Positions 8,357 to 16,703 of a stretch of DNA of 48,767 bases are shown piece after piece. Position 1 is the stretch's first letter. Each line of letters starts with the position of its first letter. The notes beneath the pieces are model-generated. The model was not told the DNA's origin and searched no databases. It saw nothing but the letters and a program-made list of their open reading frames with translations. The stretch comes from a virus, in the IMG/VR virus record IMGVR_UViG_2716884425_000003, positions 1 through 48,767 of that record, one strand, 5' to 3'. Position numbers and translations under genes: made by a program.

Positions 8357-9456
8357 TACTCATTTAAAATATTTAAAATATTATCGTAGCACTTTTCGTA
8401 AGAAAAATCATCAGCCAACTTTAACCCTGCTTCGTTTATTGGGTTAGCTTGATGTCTCTTGATTGCCTCCTCGCATGCAGAAATAAAATCGTCCTCATTG
8501 AAATCAAAAATTTTACCTTGATTTTGAGCATCACCCTTCTTGAAAAAGATACCGTCAACGCAGTCCACCATACCAGTGGAGCCAACTAGGACACTGTTTT
8601 CTCTGTTAGCCCACCCTTTGTAGCCGTGAGCATCCATAATTACGGCATGCTTACCTACAGCTACAGATTGAAACTCTGGCAAGCCCCAGCCTTCACCTCC
8701 GGACATTCCGATAACTATATTACACGAATTCAAATAGTCGTTATAGGTTTCATTGGTTTGCATTAGGGGTAGGAAACTAATATTGAAATACCTCTCGTTA
8801 TCAAGAGCGTTAGAAATTGTTTGGTTATTGACTTGGTCTGATAAGAATGGATTAAACACGGCACATTGCAAGGCGTAACGCTTGTCGTTGCCGTATTTTT
8901 TTGCCCAAGCTTTAAGTATTTTTGCGTGATGTTTTCTAAACTCAAACTTGCCACTCAGGTTAAATACAATCCTGTTATCAGTGTGGTATTGTTTACCCAC
9001 AACATTAAAAGAGTGCTTGTCGAATCCTAGCGGGACATAATGAGCGTCTACGCCACTCGATGCAAAAACTTCTTGGGTGTACTTCGAGGTAACTATTAGT
9101 TTTGAGTTGTTTTTAGCTATATTTACCTCTAGGGGGGTAAGGCTATCCAACTCATGAAATGTCATTAACGATTGGTTGTCGCTTATTTTGTTGAAACCGT
9201 TGACTATCTCAAGATGCCAGAGTTTAAAGGTCGGCCTAGATGATGTGTGCTCTAAACCGAATCGCTCAACACCCTGATCTACCCATTTTATGAACTCAGC
9301 GTTATCTTTGTTTGGGGACTCAATTGAAGAAACGTCTGGTTGAGAAATGGGTAAAGAGATTACATCATGCTGTTTGGCATGAGCCTCTCTTAATAGAGCT
9401 ATTGAGACTTGCCCAAAAGAAACTCTATTGATCGGAGTGTTGAAGGATACCTTCAT
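8356..9456 (-). CDS. GT-B fold glycosyltransferase (GT4-like)
   Basis: 'VPLGFD', 'GKFEFRKH', 'GEGWGLPEFQSVAVGK' (ExxGL motif). Confidence 0.85.
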   Translation of the reverse strand: MKVSFNTPINRVSFGQVSIALLREAHAKQHDVISLPISQPDVSSIESPNKDNAEFIKWVDQGVERFGLEHTSSRPTFKLWHLEIVNGFNKISDNQSLMTFHELDSLTPLEVNIAKNNSKLIVTSKYTQEVFASSGVDAHYVPLGFDKHSFNVVGKQYHTDNRIVFNLSGKFEFRKHHAKILKAWAKKYGNDKRYALQCAVFNPFLSDQVNNQTISNALDNERYFNISFLPLMQTNETYNDYLNSCNIVIGMSGGEGWGLPEFQSVAVGKHAVIMDAHGYKGWANRENSVLVGSTGMVDCVDGIFFKKGDAQNQGKIFDFNEDDFISACEEAIKRHQANPINEAGLKLADDFSYEKCYDNILNILNE

Positions 9457-9714
9457 TTACAGAAGGTCCTCTTGCTCTTGCGCAGTAGAGGCAGTGGTTT
9501 CCGTAGATTCACGTGGCTCAGATTTGTAGACACGAAAATCTGGTTGGTTGTCCTTGGTTTTGTTCTTGTTAGAGAACACTACCACTTGTTGTTCTGTACC
9601 GTCTCCGTTTTTAATTTTGCCGGTTAGGTACTTTTGGTTCTTGCCTTCGCGCTTCCAGAAAGCTCCGATCTCGCGCTCAGACCATTCGTTGTTATTTTTT
9701 TGTGTATCACTCAT
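9457..9714 (-). CDS. DUF736-like small protein, putative ssDNA-binding protein
   Basis: 'IGAFWKR...KYLTGKI...NQPDFRVY' plus an acidic/hydrophobic tail 'QEQEDLL'. Confidence 0.6.
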   Translation of the reverse strand: MSDTQKNNNEWSEREIGAFWKREGKNQKYLTGKIKNGDGTEQQVVVFSNKNKTKDNQPDFRVYKSEPRESTETTASTAQEQEDLL

Positions 9715-9723
9715 ACTTCCAAA

Positions 9724-9752
9724 ACGATACTAGATATCCATTCCTTTGTCAA
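9724..9752 (-). promoter_or_regulatory. sigma70-type promoter with near-leaderless start
   Basis: TTGACA-N17-TATCGT, ATG 9 nt downstream; the -35 lies inside the end of the sigma factor gene. Confidence 0.7.
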
Positions 9753-10353
9753 GAGAAAAATCCTTTTTCATTTTTCTTTTTAATGCTCGGCGTCCTTTAG
9801 AGTGAAGATTGATTATGGTTTGGGGTGTTAGGTTAAATTTTTTTGCTATCTGTTTCCATGTTAACTTGGGTCCAGCGTCAAGATACCTAAGCTTAAAGAT
9901 TTTATATATTCTTGGGTCTGCCATTTTCTTTAGGACTAGTACCGCGTGATCTAAATCATTCTTTAGTTCTTTTCTTTCATCATATTCTGAAAGAGACTTG
10001 GCATTAAAGAAGTGAGTTATCTTTTCGCTATCATCAATAATATATTTATAATTATTTTTTATATAATTTAAGCAGTGAAATCTAGCATAGTTTGCTAACC
10101 AAGTAGAAAATTTAGCGCCCTTCGTTGAGTCGTATGTTGTTATAGCTTTGTAAACAACGAAGTCTCTGTCCTTGTATATTTCGTTTAGGTCCAGCTTGGA
10201 GCCGAACTTGTTGCACATAGAATAAAATAAATTACCGTGTTTGTCTATAATCTTTGTAAAACTATCACTACAATTGTTATTTTTAATTAATTTAATTAAT
10301 TTTATGTCTTCTTCATTGCTGTTTTTCAGTTTCGCCATTGTACCAATCCGCAA
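9730..10353 (-). CDS. Phage sigma70-family RNA polymerase sigma factor (regions 2 and 4)
   Basis: 'YDSTKGAKFSTWLANY' (region 2) and 'LTWKQIAKKFNLTPQTI...RRALK' (region 4 HTH). Likely start is MAKLK, a few codons in. Confidence 0.85.
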   Translation of the reverse strand: MRIGTMAKLKNSNEEDIKLIKLIKNNNCSDSFTKIIDKHGNLFYSMCNKFGSKLDLNEIYKDRDFVVYKAITTYDSTKGAKFSTWLANYARFHCLNYIKNNYKYIIDDSEKITHFFNAKSLSEYDERKELKNDLDHAVLVLKKMADPRIYKIFKLRYLDAGPKLTWKQIAKKFNLTPQTIINLHSKGRRALKRKMKKDFSLDKGMDI

Positions 10354-10930
10354 ATTCCTTTACCTTTTGATTAAGATACTCGCTTTCTTCCGGATTGTCA
10401 CATTTTATTTTTTCCCACTCGATAGAAAAGTCGGCGTGATTCTTTAAAATCGGATCTTGGCGCTCCTCTTCAGAGTTGGCTGGCGCTTTCCAGACACGCT
10501 TTCCATCTTTGTTTACGTACTGAGAAATGTGAACAAGTACGCCGTCTAACTCGTTCTTTAACCAGTAGACTTCATCTTTCTCATATTCTTGATACCGAAT
10601 GTCTGTGACTACTGGAATGTCGTTAGTCTGCGCGTTAATTAAAAACTGCTTTACCTTTGGGGTTAACTTGTCCACCCAATACCTGCCGTTAGTGAGTTTA
10701 CGCTTAAACACTCCGTGAAAAACTAGAAACTCTCGGATTTGCTCCTTTTCTTCTCTACTGCAGCCGATGGGTTCAATGTCGTATTGATCGTAACACCACT
10801 GGTTGCAGTCATATTTAAGTTGGTCGGCTAGAGCAAATCGTCTAACACCCATACGCTTACAAAGTAAAGAAAAAAATAAATCCTTACCCGCACCTGCAAC
10901 TCCACTAATACCAATCGGCTTACGCATCAC
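10313..10930 (-). CDS. Deoxynucleoside monophosphate kinase (T4 gp1-like)
   Basis: P-loop 'IGISGVAGAGKD', 'FALADQLK', 'VVTDIRY'. Confidence 0.8.
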   Translation of the reverse strand: MMRKPIGISGVAGAGKDLFFSLLCKRMGVRRFALADQLKYDCNQWCYDQYDIEPIGCSREEKEQIREFLVFHGVFKRKLTNGRYWVDKLTPKVKQFLINAQTNDIPVVTDIRYQEYEKDEVYWLKNELDGVLVHISQYVNKDGKRVWKAPANSEEERQDPILKNHADFSIEWEKIKCDNPEESEYLNQKVKEFADWYNGETEKQQ

Positions 10931-10936
10931 AATAAT

Positions 10937-10965
10937 AATTTATAGTCTTTCCTGTAAAAAGTCAA
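10937..10965 (-). promoter_or_regulatory. sigma70-type promoter with leaderless start
   Basis: TTGACT-N17-TAAATT; GTG 6 nt and ATG 9 nt downstream. Confidence 0.65.
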
Positions 10966-10982
10966 GGTATTTTATTACTGCT

Positions 10983-10991
10983 GTGTAAATA
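10983..10991 (+). promoter_or_regulatory. Putative late promoter motif GTGTAAATA
   Basis: GTGTAA followed by 9 nt then ATG, the same spacing as at 41968. Confidence 0.55.
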
Positions 10992-10997
10992 TCTTAT

Positions 10998-11645
10998 ATG
11001 GATCATAATTATTTATTTATTCACATACCCAAAAGCGCTGGCACCTCTATTAGTCAGACCTTAGCAGGTATAAGGAATTTTAAATTTAAAATGAGAGAGT
11101 GGGGGAGGCCAGCGCGCTGGTCGTACCCGTTTTTTAATGAAGAAATATCTCCGCATTGGCCTATCTCTAAGTATGTAAGCAAGGGCTACAATGTTGAGTC
11201 TCTATTTAAGTTTTGCTTCGTTAGAGACCCCGTGGAAAGGTTCGTGTCAGCGTTTTACTACTTGAGGGATTATGAGCACAAGAAGCCGGGGGCCAATGAA
11301 AACACTCATAAATACTTAAGTGAATACGACGGTGATATAAATACCTTTATAGAAGAATGGCACAGCCACCCAGTCAACCCAATAGGTAGGCCCCACTTTA
11401 AAAAGCAGACATTTTTTATAAAAATAAACAACCAGATTAAAGTGGACTTTATAGGGCTGTTTGATAACTTAGAAAAAGATTTTAATTTTATTTTAGACAA
11501 GATAGGCTACCCTAAGGTTGAACTTAAAAAAACAAATCGAACGCCTAAGATAAATAGAACGCAACTGACCAGCAAGTCTATCAGGAAAATAGAGGAGCTT
11601 TACGCAGAAGATGTTGAATTATATCATGAATTACTGAAGCGTTAA
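10998..11645 (+). CDS. Sulfotransferase family protein (Sulfotransfer_2-like)
   Basis: PAPS-binding motifs 'FIHIPKSAGTSI' and 'FVRDPVERFVSAF'; C-terminal 'YAEDVELY'. Confidence 0.88.
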   Translation: MDHNYLFIHIPKSAGTSISQTLAGIRNFKFKMREWGRPARWSYPFFNEEISPHWPISKYVSKGYNVESLFKFCFVRDPVERFVSAFYYLRDYEHKKPGANENTHKYLSEYDGDINTFIEEWHSHPVNPIGRPHFKKQTFFIKINNQIKVDFIGLFDNLEKDFNFILDKIGYPKVELKKTNRTPKINRTQLTSKSIRKIEELYAEDVELYHELLKR

Positions 11646-11685
11646 CGTTTTCATATGGGAATTACATTTTTCTAGAACATAGGAC

Positions 11686-11712
11686 ACAAAACCCCCACTA
11701 GGAGGGTCTTGC
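11686..11712 (-). terminator. Intrinsic terminator-like hairpin closing the candidate ncRNA
   Basis: GCAAGACCCUC-CUAGU-GGGGGUUUUGU, an 11-bp stem whose G-U pairs form only on the minus strand. Confidence 0.7.
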
Positions 11713-12024
11713 GTTAGTATATGAGAAACATTTTTCTTAGACCCAGTGATTTAATTGATGGGACATTCAAGACATATACGCAACTCTTTCGAGAACCATC
11801 TCCCATATAGGGTGAGAAACTGTGCTTAAAAACTCATTACAATGGTCAACCACAACACGCCGGGGCATTGCAGCGGGAACTACCCACTAGTTTTTTTAGG
11901 ACGTATAAAATCCTAGGCATACCTTTGAATATAGACTTCTGCCAAAAGCCCTGATTCGGGAAATCTCATCTCGGGAAAACTCCACTGTTTACTCTCAGCG
12001 AGCTTAAAAGGAATTTCACCTTTT
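11686..12024 (-). ncRNA. Candidate large structured non-coding RNA (about 340 nt), family not recognised
   Basis: Largest ORF-free gap in the window. It has at least 8 hairpins plus nested long-range helices, a T-loop-like and a GAAA loop, an upstream promoter and a terminal hairpin. Confidence 0.7.
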
Positions 12025-12029
12025 GAATG

Positions 12030-12058
12030 AAGGTACTACGTCTCCGAATTATTGTCAA
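12030..12058 (-). promoter_or_regulatory. sigma70-type promoter for the candidate ncRNA
   Basis: TTGACA (12058-12053)-N17-TACCTT (12035-12030); the predicted +1 falls at the base of the first hairpin. Confidence 0.65.
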
Positions 12059-12467
12059 TATCTTTTTTTTCTGAAATTAAAAGGTTAGCAATATAAATTA
12101 AATTTTTTAAGTCTTTTTCTTCTATATTTGTTGGGTCACATTTTTCTTTATCATCTTCTATCCTATCACAAAAGCTATTAATTATGCTAGATATAGTTAC
12201 AGCTAAGTCGGGAGATACAGTAACGGACTGCTCGTAAGAACCTAGTGATTTATTGAGCACCCAGTACTGTCGGTGATCGTCGGGACTCCACTCGTCACTA
12301 ACCAGACCCATCTCTTTCATTTTCTTTAAGCCGCACAATACTGTAGCCTTGTCCTGATTCGGGTGCTCGGTGATTGTGATTAAACTCAAAAAATCTTTAT
12401 CAATGCAAAATGTGTCGTGTTCAATATACCAATTATATAGGTGGCCGGTCGCCTCGAGGATAGTCAT
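12036..12467 (-). CDS. Hypothetical protein, possibly winged-helix-like
   Basis: Track ORF 12036..12539; ATG at 12467 (MTILEATGH) lies 6 nt after a TATAAT and is the likelier start. Confidence 0.75.
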   Translation of the reverse strand: MTILEATGHLYNWYIEHDTFCIDKDFLSLITITEHPNQDKATVLCGLKKMKEMGLVSDEWSPDDHRQYWVLNKSLGSYEQSVTVSPDLAVTISSIINSFCDRIEDDKEKCDPTNIEEKDLKNLIYIANLLISEKKDIDNNSET

Positions 12468-12473
12468 GTCTAT

Positions 12474-12502
12474 ATTATACGTGCAGATCAAATAAATGTC
12501 GA
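12474..12502 (-). promoter_or_regulatory. sigma70-type promoter, leaderless (left member of a divergent pair)
   Basis: TCGACA-N17-TATAAT-N6-ATG. Confidence 0.75.
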
Positions 12503-12511
12503 AAAAAAAAC

Positions 12512-12539
12512 TTGCCAATAAATAGATACGTGGTATCAT
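12512..12539 (+). promoter_or_regulatory. sigma70-type promoter, near-leaderless (right member of a divergent pair)
   Basis: TTGCCA-N16-TATCAT with TG extension; ATG 8 nt downstream. Confidence 0.7.
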
Positions 12540-12547
12540 ATACCTAT

Positions 12548-12814
12548 ATGAATAACGAAGAAAATACTCAACAAGAAAACGCTCAAGTTACTCAGCCTTC
12601 AGTCTGCACTCCCCCTAGGCGCGGTAGACCACAAGTGAACGTAAATTGGCCCAACACCGAGTTTACCTTTGACAGCCTGACGGAATCTAACAAAGCGCTT
12701 TCTTCATCTTCCCTTCGAAAGAAGATGCGTACGGAGCTAGTTAATGGCAGCCTAAAAAAAGTAGGAACTGTTCCTACAACGTTTGGTAGACCAAAAAATG
12801 TTTACACTCGGTAA
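12548..12814 (+). CDS. Small DNA-binding protein (AT-hook-like RRGRP plus winged-helix-like end)
   Basis: 'PPRRGRP' and 'LRKKMRTELVNGSLKKVG...GRPKNVY'; start moved from 12512 to ATG 12548. Confidence 0.65.
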   Translation: MNNEENTQQENAQVTQPSVCTPPRRGRPQVNVNWPNTEFTFDSLTESNKALSSSSLRKKMRTELVNGSLKKVGTVPTTFGRPKNVYTR

Positions 12815-12816
12815 GT

Positions 12817-13287
12817 ATGAGTGACACACCCCAAAGACTAAGTTGGAAAGCTTACGCCTTAAAGCTTGCTTGCGTAGCAAGTGAAAGAAGCGAGGATACT
12901 TTTATGAAGGTCGGAGCCTGTGTTCTCAGGTACGACAACAGCATTGCGGGACTTGGGTACAATGGCGCACCTTCTGGTATTAGCCTAAATTGGGAAAATA
13001 GAGATCATAGGAGAGTTAGGGTAATTCACGCAGAAGTTAATGCGTTGAGGTACGCTCAGCCCGGTGAATCATACTTACTCGCGTGTACCCATATCCCCTG
13101 CAATGACTGTATGAAAACTGTGGCGGCGTACGGAATTAAAGAAGTAGTGTTTAATGACATCTACATAAGAGATATGTCTTCTCTGGACATTGCCAAAGAA
13201 TTCGGAATAAAGCTTTTTGCTACAAGTAATGTCGCAAGCCAAGTATCCGTAGAAAACAAAGATAAGTTTGAATTGATTGACTTCTAA
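12817..13287 (+). CDS. dCMP deaminase
   Basis: 'KVGAC', 'GYNGAPSG', 'HAEVNAL', 'PCNDC' zinc motifs. Confidence 0.92.
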   Translation: MSDTPQRLSWKAYALKLACVASERSEDTFMKVGACVLRYDNSIAGLGYNGAPSGISLNWENRDHRRVRVIHAEVNALRYAQPGESYLLACTHIPCNDCMKTVAAYGIKEVVFNDIYIRDMSSLDIAKEFGIKLFATSNVASQVSVENKDKFELIDF

Positions 13288-13637
13288 TGATTTTTGAAAC
13301 TATATTTCTAATTAGTTTAATCACATTAGTTATGCTAGTTTGGTTTAATAGCGATGCTTTTGTAGAGTACGCTAAACTAGTCGGTGGAGCCAAGTTTTTT
13401 GAGGTAACCGAATACGAAAAGCAGCAAGAGAAAACAGCAACCTTAGATTACCACGGGTATTTATTAGAAAATAAAAATTCATTTTTTATTAGATTAATTA
13501 CTTGCCCACTCTGTTTTTCTGTATGGATGTCTGCTGTCTTTACTTTTGTTTTAACGGACAGCTTATGGTTAGCTCCCATCTGTAATGTGTCAGCACTGAT
13601 TCTGTATAAGCTAACCTCGAACTTACTAGAGTCGTAA
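13287..13637 (+). CDS. Small membrane protein, DUF1360-like
   Basis: Hydrophobic segments and a 'LITCPLCFSVW' motif. Confidence 0.6.
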   Translation: MIFETIFLISLITLVMLVWFNSDAFVEYAKLVGGAKFFEVTEYEKQQEKTATLDYHGYLLENKNSFFIRLITCPLCFSVWMSAVFTFVLTDSLWLAPICNVSALILYKLTSNLLES

Positions 13638-13638
13638 C

Positions 13639-14841
13639 ATGCATATAGTAGAATCCTTCGCTCTTAACTCAGGCTCTAAGATTGATAAGCCTTATATTTA
13701 CGATTCCTATGTACCATTACAGTGGAGTACGGATAGGTATATAACTTTTCAACCATTTGGAACGGCAGCTTTCGAGTCTAGAAAATATTCCTACTGGGAA
13801 GAGGTGTTTGATATACTTCGCCCGATATTCAACAAAGAAAATATTCACATAGTTCAAATTGGTGCCAGTGGAGAACCTCAGATTAAAGGCACAATGGGGA
13901 TGATGGGGAAAACTACCCTAAACCAGTCCGCCTACTTGATTAAAAACGCCATGTTGCACTTGGGAATTGACAGCTTCGGAGTTCATGTAGCTTCAGGTTA
14001 CCAAAAAAAGATAGTCGCCCTCTACTCAAATATGATACCGGAAAATTCTGGTCCATACTGGAGTAAAGGAAAAGACGTAAAGCTAATTAGCTCACTAAAA
14101 GATAATGAGTGCCCTAGCTACGCCTTACAAGAGGACCCAAAAACAATCGACAGAATTAAACCGGAAAAAATAGCGAAGGCCGTTTGCGACTTACTCAATA
14201 TAGAATACGCATACGAGTTCGAAACCGTTTATACCGGTAAACAATACGCCCAGAAAAGGATAGAAGTTGTTCCAACTAATCACATAGGTAACTGGAAAGA
14301 CTTCGGCGTAGATTCATTAATTTTAAGAATGGATAAGCACTTCAACGAATCCGTGTGTGCCTCTCAGCTAGAAAAATGTGCCTGCTCACTAGTCACCGAC
14401 AAACCAATCAGGCTAGACCTAATAAAATATTTTAAAAAATCAATATCAGAACTGGTATTCATTATAAATGACTCTAGCCATATCGATTACTTGCACTCCC
14501 TTAAAGCTACAGGGGTAAACATGTTCTTGATGTCGCACCTTGATGATGAATCGTTTAACAAGCTAAAGCTTGATTACATAGATGTAGCCTCAATACTCAA
14601 TGTACCATTAATGACCAAAGATAAATTCCTAAAGGATCATAATGATATTGATTTTAATAATCTATATTTCAAAAGCGGAGTAACAGTTATTAGAAATAAG
14701 GCTATATACGGGACCTATTCACCAGAAGAAAAAACACCAATGAACTACAACGAAGGCTTTAAACCCCTCAAGTTCCTTGACTGCCAAGAGCTATGGAGTG
14801 ACTTGGATAGATTGTTAATTTTAAAGAAAAAGACTTCTTGA
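13639..14841 (+). CDS. GT9 (heptosyltransferase)-like glycosyltransferase domain protein
   Basis: 'IVQIG...GKTTLNQSAYLIKNAMLHLGIDSFGVHVASG' (DS-x-x-x-H motif). Confidence 0.7.
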   Translation: MHIVESFALNSGSKIDKPYIYDSYVPLQWSTDRYITFQPFGTAAFESRKYSYWEEVFDILRPIFNKENIHIVQIGASGEPQIKGTMGMMGKTTLNQSAYLIKNAMLHLGIDSFGVHVASGYQKKIVALYSNMIPENSGPYWSKGKDVKLISSLKDNECPSYALQEDPKTIDRIKPEKIAKAVCDLLNIEYAYEFETVYTGKQYAQKRIEVVPTNHIGNWKDFGVDSLILRMDKHFNESVCASQLEKCACSLVTDKPIRLDLIKYFKKSISELVFIINDSSHIDYLHSLKATGVNMFLMSHLDDESFNKLKLDYIDVASILNVPLMTKDKFLKDHNDIDFNNLYFKSGVTVIRNKAIYGTYSPEEKTPMNYNEGFKPLKFLDCQELWSDLDRLLILKKKTS

Positions 14842-14866
14842 CTCACAGCCGGAAGTCCCTTATAAT
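14838..14866 (+). promoter_or_regulatory. sigma70-type promoter, leaderless
   Basis: TTGACT-N17-TATAAT-N7-ATG. Confidence 0.8.
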
Positions 14867-14873
14867 ATAACTT

Positions 14874-15572
14874 ATGAAAAAAATCGACCGTAACGAAGAC
14901 GGGCTTATCAATGGCGTCGATTATCTCTTCACGGAGGACGGACTTATTGATTGGCGCAAAATGGTAAAACCAGAGCACCTAGTACCAAACAAAGATCGCA
15001 CAAGCGAAACAGACGTAACTAAACTAAAAGACTATCAGCTAATTATCCTCCTTGGGGGCATTAAGGAGCTAGCACAAATCAGAGGCTTTACTGATGTAAA
15101 ATACGAAATCGTATCTCCGCACCACGAATACGTCGCGGCAACGTGTAGCATTAGCTGGATCCCAAATTACGAAACAGAAGGTCGAGAAGTAACGTTCTCA
15201 GCAATCGGTGACGCATCACCCCGTAACACAAATAGTTTTGCTAGTAACTTCCTCGGACCAATCGCAGAAAACCGAGCCTTTGTTCGCTGCGTACGCAACT
15301 TCTTAAAGATTAACATTGTTGGTAAAGAAGAACTGGGAGGAGCAGACGCACCACCCACAGCCACAAACACATCAATGGCTACCTCCGACACGTCGATGGA
15401 TCCAAGAAGCATGCTTCAGGCAGTTATGAATGAAAAAGGAGTTTCATTTGAAAAGTTAAAAGCTAAGTTGGGCTCGGAAGGATTTGACACGGTAGAAAGC
15501 CTAAGCGATATCCCCAAGCTAAAAACTTTTGAGTTAATTGAAAGGCTTAAAAAAGTCAAAGCTAGAAGTTAA
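14874..15572 (+). CDS. Putative Rad52/Sak-superfamily single-strand annealing protein
   Basis: 'LGGIKELAQIRG...FSAIGDA...IAENRAFVRCVRNFL', then a flexible linker and a small helical C-terminal domain. Confidence 0.5.
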   Translation: MKKIDRNEDGLINGVDYLFTEDGLIDWRKMVKPEHLVPNKDRTSETDVTKLKDYQLIILLGGIKELAQIRGFTDVKYEIVSPHHEYVAATCSISWIPNYETEGREVTFSAIGDASPRNTNSFASNFLGPIAENRAFVRCVRNFLKINIVGKEELGGADAPPTATNTSMATSDTSMDPRSMLQAVMNEKGVSFEKLKAKLGSEGFDTVESLSDIPKLKTFELIERLKKVKARS

Positions 15573-16635
15573 GTGTCCCGCTATTGCAGGTGAAGACCGA
15601 GGAGCTTTGGCCCAAGGCTTCACCTGCCTTAGTGATTACTTTGACTGGAGCTACGTACCCGCTTAGCATTTCATTAGCCACGATAAGGTCGACCTCATAT
15701 AGCTCAGTTGTAGAGTTGTAAGATGGAGAACCCGATACTTCACATTCGTATTCTCCTATATAACCATGATCTACATCAAGTAAGTTATTGCCAGAAACCA
15801 TAATAGTAGAACCAACGCCCCCAGCGGATGGAGTTATACCAGAAACTGTGGGAGTCTCTCCCCCAATCGTGGCCTGTGCTATTTCATAACTAGAACTCGG
15901 TGTACTACCGACCTGCGCTGAAAAATCCTTAGAAGATAACTGTCCGTTTATGTAATAACTTTGAACGCTAGAATTATTTTTATCTTTTAAATTAATTTTA
16001 AAGGACTCCCTTTCGCCTGAGACCGGCAAAGACAAGTCGTAATCGTATAGACTAAAGCTAGCAGAAACCTTTTTCTGATTAGAGCTTACTCCCTGCACGT
16101 TAACACCGTCCGCGCTAAAGTTCTCCTCAATGACATATGCTGGTGAAAATGTAGTTTGATAACTATAACTTAAGTCCAATATGTTGTCAGACAATACTAT
16201 AGAACCATTTTCCAAACTTAAATCAGACGCATTTAAGGGAGGAGCGTCAGACAAAGACTGTTGGGATGTAGCAAAAGTTCCACCAACTTTTTCATAAAAA
16301 GAAAAATTAACATCAGCCTTGATTGAGCCGTGTGGCGCTAAAGACAGTGAGTAACTATCCAGATACCCAGATGACACAGTTAAACTATTAAAATTTATTG
16401 ATGTAGGTGTCCGCTCATCATGCATCCTATTAGAGATTGGATCTGAGCCAGTAAGGAAGTAAGTGATTTTGAAAGATCCATTCGGAGGTCTAGAAGCAAT
16501 ATACTCATCAGCATTTTTGCTGTTTATGGTATAATTTGGGGTAACATCGACACTGTAGGATATAGCGGCGCTGTCACAGAATAAATCATTTCCACCTATA
16601 CGCACTCTAACTTGATTTTGGGAGTAATTAACCAT
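15562..16635 (-). CDS. Tail-tube-like structural protein with a C-terminal IPT/TIG domain
   Basis: Ser-rich beta-strand pattern; 'PTVSGITPSAGGVGSTIMVSGNNL' is a typical IPT/TIG start. Confidence 0.55.
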   Translation of the reverse strand: MVNYSQNQVRVRIGGNDLFCDSAAISYSVDVTPNYTINSKNADEYIASRPPNGSFKITYFLTGSDPISNRMHDERTPTSINFNSLTVSSGYLDSYSLSLAPHGSIKADVNFSFYEKVGGTFATSQQSLSDAPPLNASDLSLENGSIVLSDNILDLSYSYQTTFSPAYVIEENFSADGVNVQGVSSNQKKVSASFSLYDYDLSLPVSGERESFKINLKDKNNSSVQSYYINGQLSSKDFSAQVGSTPSSSYEIAQATIGGETPTVSGITPSAGGVGSTIMVSGNNLLDVDHGYIGEYECEVSGSPSYNSTTELYEVDLIVANEMLSGYVAPVKVITKAGEALGQSSSVFTCNSGTLNF

Positions 16636-16660
16636 CTTTTTGCTTACATTCCACTAATAA

Positions 16661-16679
16661 TTACACTATTATAGTGTAA
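16661..16679. promoter_or_regulatory. Palindrome made of two back-to-back GTGTAA putative late promoters
   Basis: TTACACTAT-T-ATAGTGTAA between divergent structural genes. Confidence 0.65.
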
Positions 16680-16703
16680 ATAAGATAGAAAGGTATAAGG
16701 AAT

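Noticed and set aside
11686-12024. Identification of the element as tmRNA, RNase P RNA, a tRNA cluster, a TPP riboswitch or a group II intron
   Set aside because: No tRNA-like CCA end, no RNase P P4 consensus, no cloverleaf and no domain V were recognised. UGAGA and the T-loop-like hairpin are isolated matches only.
16661-16679. Palindrome as an NrdR box
   Set aside because: It is one base shorter than the consensus spacing, far from nrdAB, and better explained as two divergent GTGTAA motifs.
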